From NCBI GenBank assembly GCA_963595735.1, contig CAVBJJ010000006.1:14694-78693 (forward strand): a stretch of DNA of 64,000 nucleotides. The letters run 5' to 3'. A model generated the notes under the pieces. The model was not told where the DNA came from. It saw nothing but the letters and a program-made list of their open reading frames with translations, and searched no databases. The DNA is from a bacterium. GTDB taxonomy: Bacteria > Bacillota > Clostridia > Oscillospirales > Oscillospiraceae. This document shows, in pieces, positions 18,120 to 27,756 of the stretch. Within the stretch, counting starts at the first letter, position 1, and the number at the start of each line of letters is the position of its first letter. A program made the position numbers and the translations under genes.

Positions 18120-19640
18120 CTATTCTTCCTCCAGCATTTCCTGTTCCGCCGCCGCCAGATGTCCGATCAGGTCGGTGGCGGTCATGGCGTATTCGCCCAG
18201 TTCGTCCCGTGCCAGATCCCCCGCCCGGCCATGGAGCCACAGCGCCGTGGGAACGGCCTGCCGCAGGGGCAGCTGGCACAGCATCGCGCCCAGAATTCCA
18301 GCCAACGCATCCCCGCTGCCGCCCTTCGCCATCCCCGGATTTCCCGCCCGGATGATATCCACGCTGCCATCGGGAAACGCGGCAAAGCTGCGGTGTCCCT
18401 TGCGCACCAGGATCACGCCGTATTTTCTGGCAAAGTCCAGGCTGCCCGCCATGCGTCCGCCGGTGTCCGTGCCGCCCAGGCGGGCGTATTCTCCGTCATG
18501 GGGCGTGAGGATCAGCGGTCGTTTGGTCTCCCGCAGCAGCTCCGGTGCCTGCGCCACCGCCCAAAGGGCGTCCGCATCTAGCACCATCGGCGCTTCCCCG
18601 GTTTGCAGCAGCGCCCGCACCAGCTGGACGGTATCCCCGCTGCGCCCAATGCCCGGCCCGCAGACGAGAACATCGCTTGTTTCCGCCCGGCGGAGGATCT
18701 CCGGAATCGCCGCCGCGGAAAAGCAGCCCTGGGCATTCGCCGCCAGGGGAAAGACCATGGCCTCCGTCTGGCGCACGGCGCAGATCGGATAGATCGGCTC
18801 CGGCACGCCCAGACTGACCAGCCCCGCACCGGCGCGGATCGCCGCCCAGGCGCTGAGGTTGGGCGCGCCGGTATACCCGACGCCGCCCGCCAGCAAAAGC
18901 AGCTTTCCATAGTCCCCCTTATGGCTGAGGGGGCTGCGGCGAGGCAGGCACAGCTCTCCCCTGCCGATGGCGCGGCAAGAGGTCAGCGCTTCGACGCGCA
19001 GCTCCGGCGGAATGCCGATGTCCGCCACGGTCAGCTCTCCGCAGCAGACGCAGCCCGGCTCCAGAATATGCCCCGGCTTGGCCGCGGTAAAGGTGACCGT
19101 TTCCGTGCATCGCACCGCCGCGCCGAGAATGCGCCCGGTGTTTGCCTCCACGCCGCTGGCGATGTCCGCCGCCACCACCGGCGCGCCGGCGGCGTTGATC
19201 AGCTCCACCGCCCGGCGGAAGTTCCCCGTCAGCTCCCGGCGCAGCCCCACGCCGAACAGGGCGTCCACAATCACGCCGGCCTGCTCCAGCTTGCACAGCA
19301 GGCCCGGCTCCTCCGGAGCAAAGTCCTCCAGCCGGCCGCCCAGGGCGATGAGCCGTCGCTCCATCTCCCGGGTGTCCTCGGTCATTTTCTCCCGCTTGCC
19401 CACCAGGAGCACGCGCACCCGAAATCCCCAGCGCAGCAGGAACTGCGCCGCCGCAACGCCATCGCCGCCGTTGTTGCCGCTGCCACAGAAGATCACCGCG
19501 CTGCGTTCCCGCGCCCGGCGCTCCGCCGCCCGCGCCAGATGCCCGGCCGCATTCCGCATCAGCAGCGTGGAGGGGATCCCGCGAACATGAATGGCGCTGG
19601 CATCCGCATCCTGAATCTTTTTTGTATCTGTAAGGCGCAT
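18120..19640 (-). CDS. nnr: Bifunctional NAD(P)H-hydrate repair enzyme (epimerase/ADP-dependent dehydratase)
   Basis: 506 aa with an N-terminal YjeF_N domain (CGSGNNGGDG) and a C-terminal carbohydrate-kinase domain (GNPGMAKGGSGD). Confidence 0.9.
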   Translation of the reverse strand: MRLTDTKKIQDADASAIHVRGIPSTLLMRNAAGHLARAAERRARERSAVIFCGSGNNGGDGVAAAQFLLRWGFRVRVLLVGKREKMTEDTREMERRLIALGGRLEDFAPEEPGLLCKLEQAGVIVDALFGVGLRRELTGNFRRAVELINAAGAPVVAADIASGVEANTGRILGAAVRCTETVTFTAAKPGHILEPGCVCCGELTVADIGIPPELRVEALTSCRAIGRGELCLPRRSPLSHKGDYGKLLLLAGGVGYTGAPNLSAWAAIRAGAGLVSLGVPEPIYPICAVRQTEAMVFPLAANAQGCFSAAAIPEILRRAETSDVLVCGPGIGRSGDTVQLVRALLQTGEAPMVLDADALWAVAQAPELLRETKRPLILTPHDGEYARLGGTDTGGRMAGSLDFARKYGVILVRKGHRSFAAFPDGSVDIIRAGNPGMAKGGSGDALAGILGAMLCQLPLRQAVPTALWLHGRAGDLARDELGEYAMTATDLIGHLAAAEQEMLEEE

Positions 19641-19677
19641 GACCTGACCTCCCCGTTTTCCATTTGTAATATAGTAT

Positions 19678-19707
19678 ATTATACCGCCGCAGGCGGATAT
19701 TCGTCAA
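19678..19707 (-). promoter_or_regulatory. Sigma-70-type promoter of the nnr-alr-mazF operon
   Basis: Minus strand TTGACG-N18-TATAAT, about 35 nt upstream of the nnr ATG. Confidence 0.5.
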
Positions 19708-19765
19708 TCGCTCCGGACGGGGAAAGTTTTCTCTCACGATAAATGCCCTCCCGCCGAAAAAATCC

Positions 19766-19794
19766 TTGCATCCCGCACCATCTCATGGTATACT
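19766..19794 (+). promoter_or_regulatory. Promoter of the pheST T-box leader
   Basis: TTGCAT-N17-TATACT. Confidence 0.6.
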
Positions 19795-19799
19795 GACTA

Positions 19800-20043
19800 A
19801 CGCTATGAACGGGAAAATAGCAGATTTTCCGCACTGCAGAGAGGGGTCGCCGCCGGCTGAAAGCGCCCTGTGTCCGGAGCTGCTTGGTTCGCCCGGGAGC
19901 GCCGGTCAATCCCCGGCGGGCGCCGCCCGTTATCGCGGCAGCGAGTGCAGCTTTGTATCTAAATCAAAGCTGAAGCCGGGTGGTACCGCGAAACGCCAAA
20001 GTGCCTTTCGTCCCAGTTTGTCGGGATGAAAGGGCTTTTTTTA
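19800..20043 (+). promoter_or_regulatory. T-box leader (Phe) with terminator
   Basis: AGAGA motif in stem I. A TTC triplet at 19888-19890 is the candidate specifier. T-box core GGGTGGTACCGCG at 19977-19990. Terminator stem 20004-20033 followed by a T-run. Confidence 0.85.
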
Positions 20044-20099
20044 TTTTCCCCCGAATTTGCAATTAACAAAAAATCTATGGATAAATGAGGAATCAGAAC

Positions 20100-21125
20100 A
20101 TGAAAGCCACATTGGAAACTTTGCTGCAAAAGTCCACTGCCTCTATCCGGGAGTCCAAGGGACTGGAGGAGCTGGAAGCCCTGCGTGTCAAATACCTGGG
20201 CAAAAAGGGCGAGCTGACCGCCATTTTGAAAATGATGGGCAAGCTCTCCGCCGAGGAACGCCCGGTGATCGGCCAACTGGCCAACGAGGTGCGCGCCAAG
20301 CTGGAGACCTCCCTGGAGGAGAAAAAGGCCGCGCTGCACACCGCCGCCCTGGAAGCCCGCCTGCGGGAGGAGGTGCTGGATGTGACCATTCCCGGCAAGC
20401 CCGTGGAGATCGGTCACAAGCACCCCATGTACATCGCGCTGGATGAGATCAAGGACATCTTCATCGGCATGGGCTTCGAGGTACTGGACGGCCCGGAGGT
20501 GGAGCTGGCGGAGTACAACTTCGACCGCCTGAACGCCGAGGAGGGGCATCCCTCCCGGGATTGGAGCGATACTTTCTATTTCGACAAAGACAGCCGGGTC
20601 ATGCTTCGCTCCCAGACCAGTCCCATGCAGGTGCGCGCCATGGAAAGCAAGCCGCTTCCCATCCGCATCATCGCCCCCGGCCGGGTGTACCGCAAGGACG
20701 AGGTGGACGCCACCCACAGCCCCATGTTCCATCAGGTCGAGGGCATGGTCATCGACAAGGGCATTACCATGGCCGACCTGAAGGGCACCCTGAACGCCAT
20801 GGTGGAGGCGCTTTACGGCAAGGGCACCAAGACCCGCTTCCGTCCCCACCACTTCCCCTTTACCGAGCCCAGCTGTGAAATGGATGTGCAGTGCCACAAG
20901 TGCGGCGGCGTGGGCTGCCCCACCTGCAAGGGCGAGGGCTGGATCGAGCTACTGGGCGCCGGCATGATCCACCCCAAGGTGCTGGAAATGGCCGGCATCG
21001 ACACGGAGGTCTACTCCGGCTGGGCATTCGGCATCGGTCTGGAGCGCACGGCCATGCGCCGCTTCAAGATCGCCGATCTGCGTCTTATCTTTGAAAACGA
21101 CATCCGTTTTCTGCATCAATTTTAA
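20100..21125 (+). CDS. pheS: Phenylalanine--tRNA ligase alpha subunit
   Basis: Class II aaRS motifs (HPSRDWSDTFY, FRPHHFPFTEPS, GWAFGIGLER). ATG 20100 follows a GAGGAA RBS. Confidence 0.95.
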   Translation: MKATLETLLQKSTASIRESKGLEELEALRVKYLGKKGELTAILKMMGKLSAEERPVIGQLANEVRAKLETSLEEKKAALHTAALEARLREEVLDVTIPGKPVEIGHKHPMYIALDEIKDIFIGMGFEVLDGPEVELAEYNFDRLNAEEGHPSRDWSDTFYFDKDSRVMLRSQTSPMQVRAMESKPLPIRIIAPGRVYRKDEVDATHSPMFHQVEGMVIDKGITMADLKGTLNAMVEALYGKGTKTRFRPHHFPFTEPSCEMDVQCHKCGGVGCPTCKGEGWIELLGAGMIHPKVLEMAGIDTEVYSGWAFGIGLERTAMRRFKIADLRLIFENDIRFLHQF

Positions 21126-21142
21126 GGGGAGGGCCGAAAACA

Positions 21143-23536
21143 ATGAATCTTTCTCGTAAATGGCTCAATGAATTTGTGGCCGTGACCGCAAACGACAAGG
21201 ACTTTGCCGAGGACATGACGCTCTCCGGCTCCAAGGTCGAGGTCACGGAGGTTCAGGGCAGTGATATTCAAAATGTAGTCGTGGGCAAGGTGCTGGAGTG
21301 CAAGCGCCACGAAAACTCCGACCACATGTGGGTCTGCCAGGTGGATGTGGGGCTGGAAAAGCCCGTGCAGATCGTCACCGGCGCGCAGAATGTAAAGGTA
21401 AACGATCTGGTTCCCGTGGCAAAGCACAACTCGCTTCTGCCCGGCGGCAAGAAGATCGAAAAGGGCAAGCTGCGGGGCGAGGTCTCCGACGGTATGCTTT
21501 GCTCCTTTGCCGAGCTGGGTCTGGAGCAGCGGGACTTCCCCACGGCCTTTGCCGACGGCATCTGGATCCTGTCCGACGATCCCGAACTGGACGGCTGCAA
21601 GCCCGGCGACGACATCCGCACCGCCGTGGGTCTGGATGACCATGTGGTAGAGTTTGAGATCACCCCCAACCGTCCGGACTGCCTTTCCGTGATCGGTCTG
21701 GCGCGGGAAGCCGCCGCCACCTATGACCTGCCCCTGCAGCTGCACACGCCCGCGGTGCAGGAAAAGGGGCAGGGTACGCTTTCCGAGCTGCTGCAGGTGC
21801 AGATCCGGGACGAGGCCCTCTGCCCCCGCTACACTGCTCGGATGGTGCGGAATGTGAAGATTGCCCCCTCCCCCAAGTGGATGCGGGAGCGGCTGCGCGC
21901 CTCCGGCGTGCGCCCCATCAACAATATCGTGGATATCACAAACTATGTGATGCTGGAATACGGCCAACCCATGCACGCCTTTGATTACCGCTATGTAAAG
22001 GGCGGCAAGATCATTGTGCGCCGGGCGGAAGCGGGCGAGAGCCTGACCACCCTGGACGGCACCGTGCGTCAGCTGGATCCCAGTATGCTGGTCATCGCCG
22101 ATGAGCACCGGGCAGTAGGTCTGGCCGGCGTAATGGGCGGCGAAAACAGCGAGATCGTCGAGGACACGGTGGACATCGTCTTTGAATCCGCCAACTTCAA
22201 CGGCACCTGTATCCGCAAGACCGCCCTGGCGCTGGGTATGCGCACGGACGCCTCCGCCAAGTTTGAAAAGGGGCTTGACCCCATGAACACCCGCCCCGCG
22301 CTGGAGCGCGCCTGTGAGCTGGTGGAAATGCTGGGCGCCGGCGAGGTGCTGCCGGGCGTAATTGATGTGGAAAACCACAGCTACACCCCCTGCACGCTCC
22401 AGCTCCGCCCGGACAAGATCAACGCCCTACTGGGCACGGACATTGCCGTTTCCACCATGCAAGCCATTCTGAAAAAGCTGGGCTTCGGTGTGGATGGCGA
22501 GACCGTCACCGTCCCCTCCTGGCGCAGCGATGTGGCGCACTACTCCGATCTGGCGGAGGAGGTCGCCCGTTTCTATGGCTACAACAATCTGCCCACCACT
22601 CTCATGCGCGGCGAGACCACCCAGGGCGGATTTTCCCCCGCGCAGAAGGACGAGCGCCTGCTGGGCAGCCTTTGCCGCAGCATGGGCTATGATGAGATCA
22701 TCACCTACTCCTTCATCAGCCCCACCTGTTATGACAAAATCGGCTGGGACAAGGACGATCCCCGCCGCGCCAGCCTGCGCATCCTCAACCCCCTGGGCGA
22801 GGACACCTCCGTCATGCGCACCACGGCGCTGCCCTCCATGCTGGAAATTCTGGCCAGAAACTACAACTATCGGAACAAGGCCGCAAAGCTGTATGAGGTC
22901 GCCAAGATCTACCAGCCCCGGGAGGACGGTCTGGCGGACGAGCCCCGTGTGCTGTCCCTTGGCGCTTACGGCGAGGAGATGGATTTCTTCACCCTCAAGG
23001 GCGCGGTGGAGACGCTGCTGACCGGAATGCGAATCGAAAACGCCCGTTTCCATGCGGATACCGCCAATCCCTCCTACCATCCCGGCCGCTGCGCCACCGT
23101 CTGGTGCGGTGAGCATTGCCTGGGTGTGTTTGGCCAAATTCATCCGCTGGTAGCCGCTCGCTACGGCGTGGACGAGGCCATGTTTGCCGCGGAGCTCTCC
23201 TTTGAGGCGCTGCGGCAGGTGCAGGGGCCGGAGCGTGTCTATGTTCCCCTGTCCCGCTTCCCGGCTGTCTCCCGCGATCTGGCCGTGGTCTGCGACAACG
23301 CCATTCCCGTTGCCGACCTGACCGACACGATCCGTGCCGCCGGCGGTAAGTATCTGGAAAGCGTAAGCCTGTTTGATATCTATCGCGGCCTGCCCATTCC
23401 GGCGGACAAAAAGTCTGTGGCCTTCTCTTTGGTGCTGCGCGCGCCGGATCAGACCCTGACCGACGCCCACGCGGAGGAGACCATGCGGGATATCCTCGCC
23501 GCGCTGGAGAAAAACCACGGCGCAGTGATTCGCTGA
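21143..23536 (+). CDS. pheT: Phenylalanine--tRNA ligase beta subunit
   Basis: 797 aa, begins MNLSRKWLNEFV. Has tRNA-binding, B3/4, B5 and FDX-ACB regions. Confidence 0.95.
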   Translation: MNLSRKWLNEFVAVTANDKDFAEDMTLSGSKVEVTEVQGSDIQNVVVGKVLECKRHENSDHMWVCQVDVGLEKPVQIVTGAQNVKVNDLVPVAKHNSLLPGGKKIEKGKLRGEVSDGMLCSFAELGLEQRDFPTAFADGIWILSDDPELDGCKPGDDIRTAVGLDDHVVEFEITPNRPDCLSVIGLAREAAATYDLPLQLHTPAVQEKGQGTLSELLQVQIRDEALCPRYTARMVRNVKIAPSPKWMRERLRASGVRPINNIVDITNYVMLEYGQPMHAFDYRYVKGGKIIVRRAEAGESLTTLDGTVRQLDPSMLVIADEHRAVGLAGVMGGENSEIVEDTVDIVFESANFNGTCIRKTALALGMRTDASAKFEKGLDPMNTRPALERACELVEMLGAGEVLPGVIDVENHSYTPCTLQLRPDKINALLGTDIAVSTMQAILKKLGFGVDGETVTVPSWRSDVAHYSDLAEEVARFYGYNNLPTTLMRGETTQGGFSPAQKDERLLGSLCRSMGYDEIITYSFISPTCYDKIGWDKDDPRRASLRILNPLGEDTSVMRTTALPSMLEILARNYNYRNKAAKLYEVAKIYQPREDGLADEPRVLSLGAYGEEMDFFTLKGAVETLLTGMRIENARFHADTANPSYHPGRCATVWCGEHCLGVFGQIHPLVAARYGVDEAMFAAELSFEALRQVQGPERVYVPLSRFPAVSRDLAVVCDNAIPVADLTDTIRAAGGKYLESVSLFDIYRGLPIPADKKSVAFSLVLRAPDQTLTDAHAEETMRDILAALEKNHGAVIR

Positions 23537-23610
23537 CAGCTCCCCCCTGGAAAGGCCAACGCGGATTTTGCCGCAGTCTCAAATAATTTTGACAAAATTA
23601 CAAATACTCC

Positions 23611-23647
23611 CCACGGACGCCGCTTTCCCCGGTGTCCGTGGTTTTTT
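23611..23647 (+). terminator. pheST terminator
   Basis: CCACGGAC..GTCCGTGG followed by T6. Confidence 0.8.
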
Positions 23648-23744
23648 CGTTCCCATGATGCAGTTTTGCAAATTATGTAAACTATTTTATCAAAATTTCC
23701 GTAAAATACGAAAAAATTGTAATCGAATGGTAACTTAATTATCC

Positions 23745-23773
23745 TTTACAGCGGGCAAATTATTGCTTATAAT
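23745..23773 (+). promoter_or_regulatory. Promoter of ireB
   Basis: TTTACA-N17-TATAAT. Confidence 0.55.
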
Positions 23774-23807
23774 AGAATTGTTAAAATCTGGAAAGGAGGG
23801 GTGACCA

Positions 23808-24050
23808 ATGGAAGACATCACCCGGAAGTTCAGCGTAATCGACAACAAAACAGAGATTCGGGAGATCCTCTCCTCCGTGTATAAGTCTCTCATCATCAAG
23901 GGATATGACCCCATCAATCAAATCGTGGGCTATATTCTCTCCGAGGACCCCACCTACATCACCAACTACAACAACGCCCGCAGTCTCATCACCCGCATCG
24001 ACCGTGACGAGTTGCTGCAGGAACTGGTGACCAGTTATCTGCGAAAATAA
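23808..24050 (+). CDS. ireB: IreB/UPF0297 (YrzL) family regulatory phosphoprotein
   Basis: 80 aa; ..[43 protein letters not shown].. is characteristic of UPF0297. Confidence 0.85.
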   Translation: MEDITRKFSVIDNKTEIREILSSVYKSLIIKGYDPINQIVGYILSEDPTYITNYNNARSLITRIDRDELLQELVTSYLRK

Positions 24051-24076
24051 TTTTTCAAAAAATTGCAAAATACATC

Positions 24077-24104
24077 TTGACAAGTTTGTGTTTTATGTTA
24101 TAAT
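24077..24104 (+). promoter_or_regulatory. Near-consensus promoter of tRNA-Gln
   Basis: TTGACA-N16-TATAAT, 22 nt upstream of the tRNA 5' end. Confidence 0.65.
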
Positions 24105-24126
24105 AAATCTCGCTTGTTGAGAGCGT

Positions 24127-24200
24127 AGCGGAGTTGTGTAAGGGTAGCACAGCGGACTCTGACTCCGTATGTGAGGGTTCGAATCCTTCCTCCGCTGCCA
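24127..24200 (+). tRNA. tRNA-Gln (anticodon CUG), CCA encoded
   Basis: Hand-folded cloverleaf. Acceptor AGCGGAG/CTCCGCT; D arm GTGT/GCAC; anticodon stem GCGGA/TCCGT with loop CU-CUG-AC; T arm GAGGG-TTCGAAT-CCTTC; discriminator G plus CCA. Confidence 0.85.
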
Positions 24201-24240
24201 AGACCTGCAGACAATCGTCTGCGGGTCTTTTTTATTTTTT
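24201..24240 (+). terminator. Terminator after tRNA-Gln
   Basis: AGACCTGCAGAC..GTCTGCGGGTCT followed by a T-run. Confidence 0.8.
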
Positions 24241-24305
24241 CGAACACAGGCATATTTTCCCCGCAAACCGGCCATAGTATCCCTAGAGCAGGAGGTGCGG
24301 CGGTT

Positions 24306-25154
24306 TTGAAACGAGGGGCTATTGTGCTGGTTTTGGTCTGTCTGCTGAGTCTGGGCGGCTGCGCTGCCCAGGCCAGTCCGGCGGACAACACCCGGGCCGG
24401 CGGCACACTGGAGGTACATTTTCTGGATGTGGGACAAGCGGATTGCGCCCTGCTGCGCTATGGCGACCACGCCATTCTGGTGGACGGCGGCTGCCGCAAG
24501 ACCGGCGATCAGGTGGTGCGCTATTTGCAGGCGCAGGACATCCGCAAGCTGGACTATGTGATCTGCACCCACGCCCATCAGGATCACGCCGGCGGTTTGG
24601 CCGCGGTACTGCAAGCCTTTCCGGCGCGGCAGGTGCTCTGCCCCACCAGCGCCTATGACAGCCGCTCCTTTCGGGAATTCCGCCGCGCGGCTGCGGCGCA
24701 GCACAAAAGCCTGCGGCGTCCCCATGTGGGCGAGGTGTTTTCTCTCGGGCCGGTGCGCCTGACCGTTCTCAGCCCGCAAAAGACCTATCCGGTGGTCAAC
24801 GACAGCAGCATCGTCCTGCGGGTGGATTATGGCATCACCTCCTTCCTACTGGCTGCCGATGCGGAGCAGCAGGCCGAGCAGGATATGCTCCTGGGGACCC
24901 TTCCCCTGTCCGCCACGGTGCTGAAACTGGGGCATCACGGCTGCAGCAGCTCCACCAGCGCCGCCTTTTTACAGACCGTTTCCCCCCAATACGCCGTGAT
25001 CTCCGTGGGAAAGCAAAACGAGTACGGCTATCCGGATGCGGAGGTTATCTCCCGGCTGGAAGCCGCCGGGGTGCAGATCTATCGCACCGATCAGCAGGGA
25101 ACCATCCTCTGTGTCTCCGATGGCAGGCGCCTGCGCTTTTCCACCCAGCGTTAA
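24306..25154 (+). CDS. MBL-fold metallo-hydrolase lipoprotein (ComEC C-terminal-domain-like)
   Basis: TTG start after a GGAGG RBS. Lipobox LSLGGC. Contains VHFLDVGQADCALL..HAHQDHAGG..KLGHHG. Confidence 0.8.
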   Translation: MKRGAIVLVLVCLLSLGGCAAQASPADNTRAGGTLEVHFLDVGQADCALLRYGDHAILVDGGCRKTGDQVVRYLQAQDIRKLDYVICTHAHQDHAGGLAAVLQAFPARQVLCPTSAYDSRSFREFRRAAAAQHKSLRRPHVGEVFSLGPVRLTVLSPQKTYPVVNDSSIVLRVDYGITSFLLAADAEQQAEQDMLLGTLPLSATVLKLGHHGCSSSTSAAFLQTVSPQYAVISVGKQNEYGYPDAEVISRLEAAGVQIYRTDQQGTILCVSDGRRLRFSTQR

Positions 25155-25158
25155 TCGC

Positions 25159-25206
25159 AAAAAAGCAAGACCTCTGTATGCAGCTTTTGCATCCAGAGGT
25201 CTTTTC
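25159..25206. terminator. Bidirectional terminator
   Basis: AAGACCTCTG..CAGAGGTCTT flanked by an A-run and a T-run, between convergent genes. Confidence 0.7.
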
Positions 25207-25215
25207 GCTTTCTGT

Positions 25216-25809
25216 TTAATTAAATTCTTCCGGGGGGATATACCATTCCGGGCTGGTCGCCAGACCGTTCTGGTATTTGACGGTCACATACAGCGGCCCC
25301 TCGTCGCGGAGCAGCTTGAGGTAGCATACGCCGTCTTCAAACAAATCGGTGATGTCCTCTGTCTGATTGCGGTAGTAGAGTATCGCCCGGCCGTCCTCCT
25401 CATACTGCACATCCGGAGAATCCAGCTCCTCCATCAGTTCCTCCTCGGTCAGTGGTCTTTCCTTGCCGGAGCCATCCAGCGCCACACCGCCGCCCCCTTG
25501 GGAAACGGTGTTGCCGTCGGCATCCTGAAACTCCAGCTGATAGGTGCCGTCTCCCTGGAATGTGATCTCTGCATCGACCGGATCCCCATGGATCCAAACT
25601 TGAATCTGCTGCCGGATGCCGCCTACATTGGCGGCATAGCAGATGCCCGTTGCGCCCAGCGCCAGGCACACCACCAGGCACGCTACCGCAAGTTTCGGTA
25701 TACGAAATTTTCCCGCTTTGGTTTTATTCATCATCAGCACTCCTTTGCAATAATCACCGGAGGCATGGACATGGGAAAAAGCGCTTTTATATCTCTCTTT
25801 ATTCGTCAT
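25216..25809 (-). CDS. Putative anti-sigma factor / membrane protein partnered with the ECF sigma
   Basis: 197 aa with a single TM segment (KLAVACLVVCLALGATGICYA). Overlaps the sigma gene's 3' end by 11 nt. Confidence 0.55.
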   Translation of the reverse strand: MTNKERYKSAFSHVHASGDYCKGVLMMNKTKAGKFRIPKLAVACLVVCLALGATGICYAANVGGIRQQIQVWIHGDPVDAEITFQGDGTYQLEFQDADGNTVSQGGGGVALDGSGKERPLTEEELMEELDSPDVQYEEDGRAILYYRNQTEDITDLFEDGVCYLKLLRDEGPLYVTVKYQNGLATSPEWYIPPEEFN

Positions 25810-26281
25810 CGTTCCAATCCTCCTTCAGCATTTTTTTCAGGAGTTTTCTGCCTCTGCTCAGCTGGCTTTTTATGGTATTGGGCGGTCGGTTCAGAATTTC
25901 GGCAATCTCGTCTATGGAGTAATCCTCATAATAAAACAGGTGGATCACCACTCTGTATTTTGCAGGCAGCCGCATCACCGCCTCGAACAGCGCGCTGTCC
26001 TCCGGCGCGGCAAAGGGGATCTCCGCCATGTATTCTTCCCAGTTTTCCCGGTTCCTGTGCCAGAACGAACGCAGCACATTTTTCGCCAGATTGATGGTAA
26101 CACGGATCAGCCACGCACGCAGGTGCGCTTCGCTTTCATATTCCATATCCCCGGTGTGATACCGGATGAAGCACTCCTGCACTACATCCTCCGCGTCCGC
26201 CTCGCAGCGGCAGAGCTGGAAAGCGATCCGGAACAGGCTGTCCTGATACCGTTCCACCGCCTGGGTCGTTGTTAGTCTCAT
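25799..26281 (-). CDS. ECF-type RNA polymerase sigma-70 factor
   Basis: Region 2 (DAEDVVQECFIRY) and region 4 (YEDYSIDEIAEILNRPPNTIKSQLSRGRKLL). ATG 26281 follows an AGGAG RBS. Confidence 0.9.
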   Translation of the reverse strand: MRLTTTQAVERYQDSLFRIAFQLCRCEADAEDVVQECFIRYHTGDMEYESEAHLRAWLIRVTINLAKNVLRSFWHRNRENWEEYMAEIPFAAPEDSALFEAVMRLPAKYRVVIHLFYYEDYSIDEIAEILNRPPNTIKSQLSRGRKLLKKMLKEDWNDDE

Positions 26282-26388
26282 AAAAAACTCCTGCTTCCTG
26301 TTTGAAGGTCCTTCACCAATAATACAACTCCCAAGGCCAAAAGGTTGCATTTGCAGCAAAAATTTTTTGCCGATGATACAAAAATCCC

Positions 26389-26424
26389 AAAAAACATCCC
26401 TGCCGAGAGTGATTCTGGCAGGGA
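26389..26424 (-). terminator. apbE terminator
   Basis: Minus strand TCCCTGCC..GGCAGGGA followed by a T-run. Confidence 0.75.
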
Positions 26425-26432
26425 AATTTTCA

Positions 26433-27446
26433 TTATCGCTTGATCACTTTTACGGGCGTGTCCTGATAGGCGTCCAGCAGGGCAAACTGCTCCTGCAATC
26501 CCTCGGTGATATACACGGTGCCATCCGCTGTGATCAACACCGCTTCAAAGTCATCACTCTGTCCCCAGAAGTCCGCCGCCTTTTCCAGCCCCATAACAAA
26601 CAGCGAGGTGGAAAGCCCGTCACAGACCAGGCCATCCTCGCCGATGATGCTCACCGAGCGCAAATCGCTAGCCGCCGGACGGCCGGTTTCCGGATCCATA
26701 ATGTGCCAGTATCTGCGGCCGTCCTGCTCAAAATAGCGCTCATAGCCGCCGGAGGTGACGACTGCCTTATCCTGCACGGAAAGCACCAGCATCGCCTCCC
26801 CGGTCTCAGGGTCTTTGATGCCGATCTGCCAGGGCGTGCCGTCCGGCTTGCTGCCAACGGTCTGGACATTGCCGCCAAAATTCAGCAGTGCGGACGAGAC
26901 CCCCGCATCCCGCAGATACTGCGCCGCCTGACCGGCGGCATAGCCCTTGCCCACGCTGCCCAGGTCGATCTCCATCCCCTCCGGCAGCGTCACCTCACCG
27001 GTAACAGCATCATAGCGAATCCGAGTATAATCCACCAGCGGCAGCAGCTTTTGCAGCTCCGTCTCCTCCGGTATCTGGTACTTCCCTGTGGTAAAGCCCC
27101 AGGCGCGCACAACAGGATAAATGGAAATATCCAATGCGCCATCGGTGCGGCGGCACAGCGCCAGCGCACCATCCATCAGCGCCGCCGCCTTGCCGGTCAG
27201 GGTGCCGGAGCCATTGGAGTTGATGGCGTAGATCTCGCTTTCCTGTTTGGTCACGGAGATCTGCTTTTCCAGCGCAGCCACCTGATCCTGCACATCCGAA
27301 AGCAGGCTTGCATCGCCATACACCGACAGCTCGATCGCAGTATCCATGGCAAAAAAATTGGCCGTCTCCGGCTCTGACTCCCCGCGGGAACAGCCCACGG
27401 CAAGCAGCAGCAAGGGCAGGAGAAAAAGGGGAAAAAATCGTTTCAT
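26433..27446 (-). CDS. apbE: FAD:protein FMN transferase (ApbE family) lipoprotein
   Basis: Lipobox LLAVGCS. Contains FAMDTAIELSVYG..GSVGKGYAA..VTSGGYERYF. ATG 27446 follows an AAGGAG RBS. Confidence 0.9.
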   Translation of the reverse strand: MKRFFPLFLLPLLLLAVGCSRGESEPETANFFAMDTAIELSVYGDASLLSDVQDQVAALEKQISVTKQESEIYAINSNGSGTLTGKAAALMDGALALCRRTDGALDISIYPVVRAWGFTTGKYQIPEETELQKLLPLVDYTRIRYDAVTGEVTLPEGMEIDLGSVGKGYAAGQAAQYLRDAGVSSALLNFGGNVQTVGSKPDGTPWQIGIKDPETGEAMLVLSVQDKAVVTSGGYERYFEQDGRRYWHIMDPETGRPAASDLRSVSIIGEDGLVCDGLSTSLFVMGLEKAADFWGQSDDFEAVLITADGTVYITEGLQEQFALLDAYQDTPVKVIKR

Positions 27447-27499
27447 GAAAGGCTCCTTGGAAAAAGATAAATTTATCCTGAAAAATTGCGGAATACATC

Positions 27500-27528
27500 T
27501 TGACATCCGGTATACAATTTGCTAGGAT
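27500..27528 (+). promoter_or_regulatory. Candidate promoter of the SLH surface-protein gene
   Basis: TTGACA-N17-TAGGAT. It would give a leader of about 220 nt. Confidence 0.45.
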
Positions 27529-27756
27529 ATGGCACGGCAGTTAGCTTTCCCTAATTGCCAAAACAGTTCGGGAGCTGTTTTCTTTTTTATATAGTAGTTA
27601 GCTGGCGCTACCTGTGCCCAGCGGCCATTATAGCACAGCCCCCGACAGCTTTCAACTTGTTTCTGATGGGAAAAAGGAGGTCCCATAACAAACCCGGATA
27701 CCGGGCAAATACAATCTGCGGCTTCGGCTGCAAAAAGATCCAAGGAGGAAAATTGT

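Noticed and set aside
24093-24779. 228-aa minus-strand ORF overlapping tRNA-Gln and the MBL lipoprotein gene
   Set aside because: It runs antisense through a tRNA, a terminator and a recognisable MBL-fold gene.
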